From an uncultured Nitrospiraceae bacterium (GTDB taxonomy: Bacteria > Nitrospirota > Nitrospiria > Nitrospirales > Nitrospiraceae): DNA of 64,000 nt. The first letter of the stretch is position 1, and each line of letters opens with the position of its first letter. A program made the position numbers and the translations under genes. The DNA lies in assembly GCA_963730935.1 (NCBI GenBank), contig CAVSTP010000002.1, forward strand, positions 320,001 through 384,000, in the 5' to 3' direction. Under the pieces are notes generated by a model. It was not told where the DNA came from. It was given only the letters and a program-made list of their open reading frames with translations, and ran no database searches. Of this stretch, positions 61,231-64,000 are shown in pieces.

Positions 61231-61989
61231 CTATCCCGCGGCGGTGGCCGCGACCTTTTCCATCACGTCGTCCGGGATGTCGAAATTCGCATGCACCTTC
61301 TGCACGTCATCGTGCTCGTCAAGGACTTCCATGAGTCTCAACATCTGCTCAGCGCCTTTTTCTTCGAGCTTGATCGTGTTCTGCGGAATGAAGGTGATCT
61401 CTGCGAGGGACGTATCGATCTTCGCATCGGCGAGCGCTTTCTTGACCGCGTCGAAGTCCTGCGGGTTGGTCACCACCTCAAAAGACTTTTCTCCGACTTT
61501 CACGTCTTCGGCACCCGCATCGAGTGCCAGCGACAACAGCGTGTCTTCATCGCTCTTGGACCTGTCGATCGCGAGCAGTCCCTTTTTATGGAACTGCCAG
61601 GAGACAGCCCCGGCTTCGGCCATATTGCCGTGATTTTTCGTTAGGACACTGCGGATTTCGGCGACGGTGCGGTTGCGGTTGTCACTGGTGATTTCGATCA
61701 ACAAGGCGGTTCCACCCGGCCCGTAGCCCTCGAGGGAGAACTCTTCATACGTCACCCCGGGCAACTCTCCCGTACCTCGCTGAATTGCCTTCTTCAAGGT
61801 GTCACCGGGCATGTTCGCTTCCTTGGCCTTGGCAATGGCCAGCCTCAACCGGGGATTCCCGTCGGGGTCACCTCCCGTACGAGCGGCTATGGTCACTTCG
61901 CGAATAATCCGGGTAAAAATCTTTCCCCGTTTCGCGTCTTGAGCCCCTTTATGGCGCTTGATAGTCGCCCAGTGGCTATGTCCGCCCAT
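61231..61989 (-). CDS. yebC: YebC/PmpR family protein
   Basis: MGGHSHWATIKRHKG, EGYGPGG, DNRNRT. Confidence 0.95.
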   Translation of the reverse strand: MGGHSHWATIKRHKGAQDAKRGKIFTRIIREVTIAARTGGDPDGNPRLRLAIAKAKEANMPGDTLKKAIQRGTGELPGVTYEEFSLEGYGPGGTALLIEITSDNRNRTVAEIRSVLTKNHGNMAEAGAVSWQFHKKGLLAIDRSKSDEDTLLSLALDAGAEDVKVGEKSFEVVTNPQDFDAVKKALADAKIDTSLAEITFIPQNTIKLEEKGAEQMLRLMEVLDEHDDVQKVHANFDIPDDVMEKVAATAAG

Positions 61990-62113
61990 GGTCCACTCCG
62001 TTCAGCCGTATTGCCACGGCCGGTGTTTCGAGAGGTGAGATCGTGTGAGGTTGTACAGGTAACATAGCGTTTGGAAGGGTGTCAATTACGGCGACAGGCG
62101 GGAAGGAGAGGGC

Positions 62114-62893
62114 TCACTCAGAATACAGGAGCAGCTGCGCGCCAATAAGGAGAATGAGGGAAACCCATACCCATTCCCAGTTTGTGGAGCCGGACCGTTC
62201 GGCCGGCATGACCCATGTGGAGACGAGCTTGGTCGAACCTGCCGTGACGGCCATCGTGCCCATGATGGCGTGATGCATGGCGATTTTCTGTGCAGAAGGG
62301 TGAAACCCATGTGAATGGCCGAAAAGCATCAGGCCTCCCACGATAGCCATAAGCGGAAGCGGTGATGCCCACGCTTTGTGCCCGATTCGTCCTAGCCGGC
62401 GGAACAGCTCGACGCTTCCCACCCCAAAGGCCAGAATCCCGTACATCTTATGCTGCAAAATCTCGTAGTCTCCACCAGCGAATGTTTCAATAAGCGTGAG
62501 CGAGCCGATGGGCCAGGCTTCGTGATCGCTCCAAACGATGATGAGGAAGCCGGCGACTACCAAAATCGACGGCAGGAGGAGCCTGGCCCATCTCAGGGAG
62601 GACAGGCGCAAAACATGGCTTAACTCGGCTATCCCCATCAACAAGACCATGAAACCGGCCACGTGATGGTTACGTTCCGAGTAGGCAATACCTATCGCCG
62701 AACCTTCCCAGACTTCCGCCTGAGCTTCAAGGTCGTGCCGGTCATGGGCTTCAGCGTGCGGTGAGTCATGGGGAAACGGAACGGAATGTTGGGCCAGTGC
62801 GGGAGCCACGGTCAACAGTGTCAGAAGCGTCATGCGGCACACTAGGATTGTCAGGGAGGAGCTGCGTCGCATGGGCATTCTAGGTTGTGGCAA
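62114..62893 (-). CDS. His-rich polytopic membrane protein (possibly metal/heme binding)
   Basis: YSERNHH, QHK, HSHG, HH; about six TM segments. Confidence 0.7.
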   Translation of the reverse strand: MPQPRMPMRRSSSLTILVCRMTLLTLLTVAPALAQHSVPFPHDSPHAEAHDRHDLEAQAEVWEGSAIGIAYSERNHHVAGFMVLLMGIAELSHVLRLSSLRWARLLLPSILVVAGFLIIVWSDHEAWPIGSLTLIETFAGGDYEILQHKMYGILAFGVGSVELFRRLGRIGHKAWASPLPLMAIVGGLMLFGHSHGFHPSAQKIAMHHAIMGTMAVTAGSTKLVSTWVMPAERSGSTNWEWVWVSLILLIGAQLLLYSE

Positions 62894-62958
62894 TGGAAAG
62901 GCCCATCCAGTCCGACCAGATGGGCCTTTGGTCTCTCGGGGGAATCAGCAATCTCACG

Positions 62959-63708
62959 CTACATGAACTTCATAAATTTGTCCTTGGCATCGTCCATCAC
63001 TTGAGCCGTGATGGTGACGACGCCTCGTTCCTTCGCGAGTCGCTCAATCTCCTTACGGGCCATCGGACGGATGAAGTCGGGAATGTTGTCGAGGCGCTGC
63101 TGCGCTTCGGGCGTCCAAGCCATACCGTTCGGTGAGTCATTTTTCGAGTCGTCCATGACCTGTAACGTGATCGTCTGATACCCCTGTTTACGCGCGAAGG
63201 CTTCAACGCTGCTTTGCACCATCGGCTTCACAAAGGCAGGGAGCCGTTCGAGCTTGTCCTTTGCATCAGGACTCCAAGTGAACTCGGACTTGCCCGGGCC
63301 GCCGTTGGCAGGCTTCCCGCTCGAGGTCAGACCCATTTCAGCAACCATCGCAGAGAACGGACATCCCCCGCCCGATTTTTCCCCCGTCTTCCCCGGAGCG
63401 GCAGTCGCAGCTACCGGCTGTCCGCCCTGAATTTTTTCATTCAAGTACGCAGCCATTTGTCCGGAACCTTCCTGCGCTTCCTCTTTGAGTGTGCCGCGCG
63501 TCATCTCAAAGGGCTGCGCCTGCGCCGTCCTTCCGCCTAACTGTACACCAAGCGAACTGACCATCTGCGTCTCACCGGGGTTGGTGACCATCGAGAACTT
63601 GGCGCCGCAGGAGGGGCAGCCGAAGAAGACCCCGAGCGATCCTTCGCCGGGTTTTTCCACCTTCTCGAAGTTCATGTAGGTTTCGCAGTTGAGACACACA
63701 AATTTCAT
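62959..63708 (-). CDS. Zn-ribbon + two PCP_red-like repeats
   Basis: start MKFVCLNC with RBS AGGAG; CxxC/CxxC; GCPF; two W.P.A...L...P.F..P repeats. Confidence 0.8.
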   Translation of the reverse strand: MKFVCLNCETYMNFEKVEKPGEGSLGVFFGCPSCGAKFSMVTNPGETQMVSSLGVQLGGRTAQAQPFEMTRGTLKEEAQEGSGQMAAYLNEKIQGGQPVAATAAPGKTGEKSGGGCPFSAMVAEMGLTSSGKPANGGPGKSEFTWSPDAKDKLERLPAFVKPMVQSSVEAFARKQGYQTITLQVMDDSKNDSPNGMAWTPEAQQRLDNIPDFIRPMARKEIERLAKERGVVTITAQVMDDAKDKFMKFM

Positions 63709-63724
63709 GGCAGCTCCTCTCCGC

Positions 63725-64000
63725 TCACAATTTTTCCGCCAAGACTCTCTTGTAATCCAACAGGGTCCTGATCCGGCCCGCAATGTCTTGATACCGCTGA
63801 ATAGTGGGGTAGGTCTCATCCAGCAACGGTTCGCCTTTGTCGAAGGTCCGAGCGAGTTTGCGGTCGAAAGGAATCCGGCCCAACAAGGGAAGGTCCAGCG
63901 CTTCGCACATGGCGTCGGTGTTGCCTTCAAACAATTCGTTCTGCTCGCCGCAGGAGGGACATCGATACTCGCTCATATTTTCCACGATGCCGAACACCTT
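63725..64000 (-). CDS. Mrp/ApbC (NBP35) Fe-S carrier ATPase, 3' part only
   Basis: GIVENMS..CPSC...LF...LLGRIPFD; runs off the window. Confidence 0.85.
   Translation of the reverse strand, partial: KVFGIVENMSEYRCPSCGEQNELFEGNTDAMCEALDLPLLGRIPFDRKLARTFDKGEPLLDETYPTIQRYQDIAGRIRTLLDYKRVLAEKL

Overview
The window looks like a Nitrospira-type chromosome; this is my recognition from gene content, not a database result. It has two parts. (1) Bases ~35.7-64 kb are ordinary core genome: aroK, aroE, an SDR, trmI, a sigma-70 factor, an HtrA-like protease, lipB, glutamate dehydrogenase, a DD-carboxypeptidase, an FG-GAP lipoprotein, IHF, sppA, rpsA, plsC, cmk, aroA, tyrA, aroF, hisC, pheA, ruvB, ruvA, yebC, two PCP_red-repeat proteins and the end of an Mrp/ApbC gene. 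(2) Bases 1-35.6 kb are accessory DNA ending at the 3' end of a tRNA-Arg(UCG). The left ~24 kb of this part is a patchwork of receiver-domain, PAS and kinase genes, lipoproteins, small Cys-rich proteins and remnants, including a decayed tRNA 3'-end (att-like) scar. The right ~11.5 kb (about 24049-35565) is the most interesting feature: a compact phage-satellite-like integrative element. One strand carries HTH, CHC2 Zn-finger, AAA_25 helicase, an iteron array, a Zn-ribbon protein, a TerS-like protein, Xis and a tyrosine integrase. Upstream lies a three-way-junction RNA with an anti-SD hairpin, resembling c4/CI antisense immunity RNAs. Paired CACGGACA repeats mark both ends. The cargo includes a 673-bp duplication, a three-copy small gene, a broken PHP-ATPase defence-like gene, an RHH protein and a metallothionein. 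All calls come from reading the sequence and recognising motifs; no searches were run.
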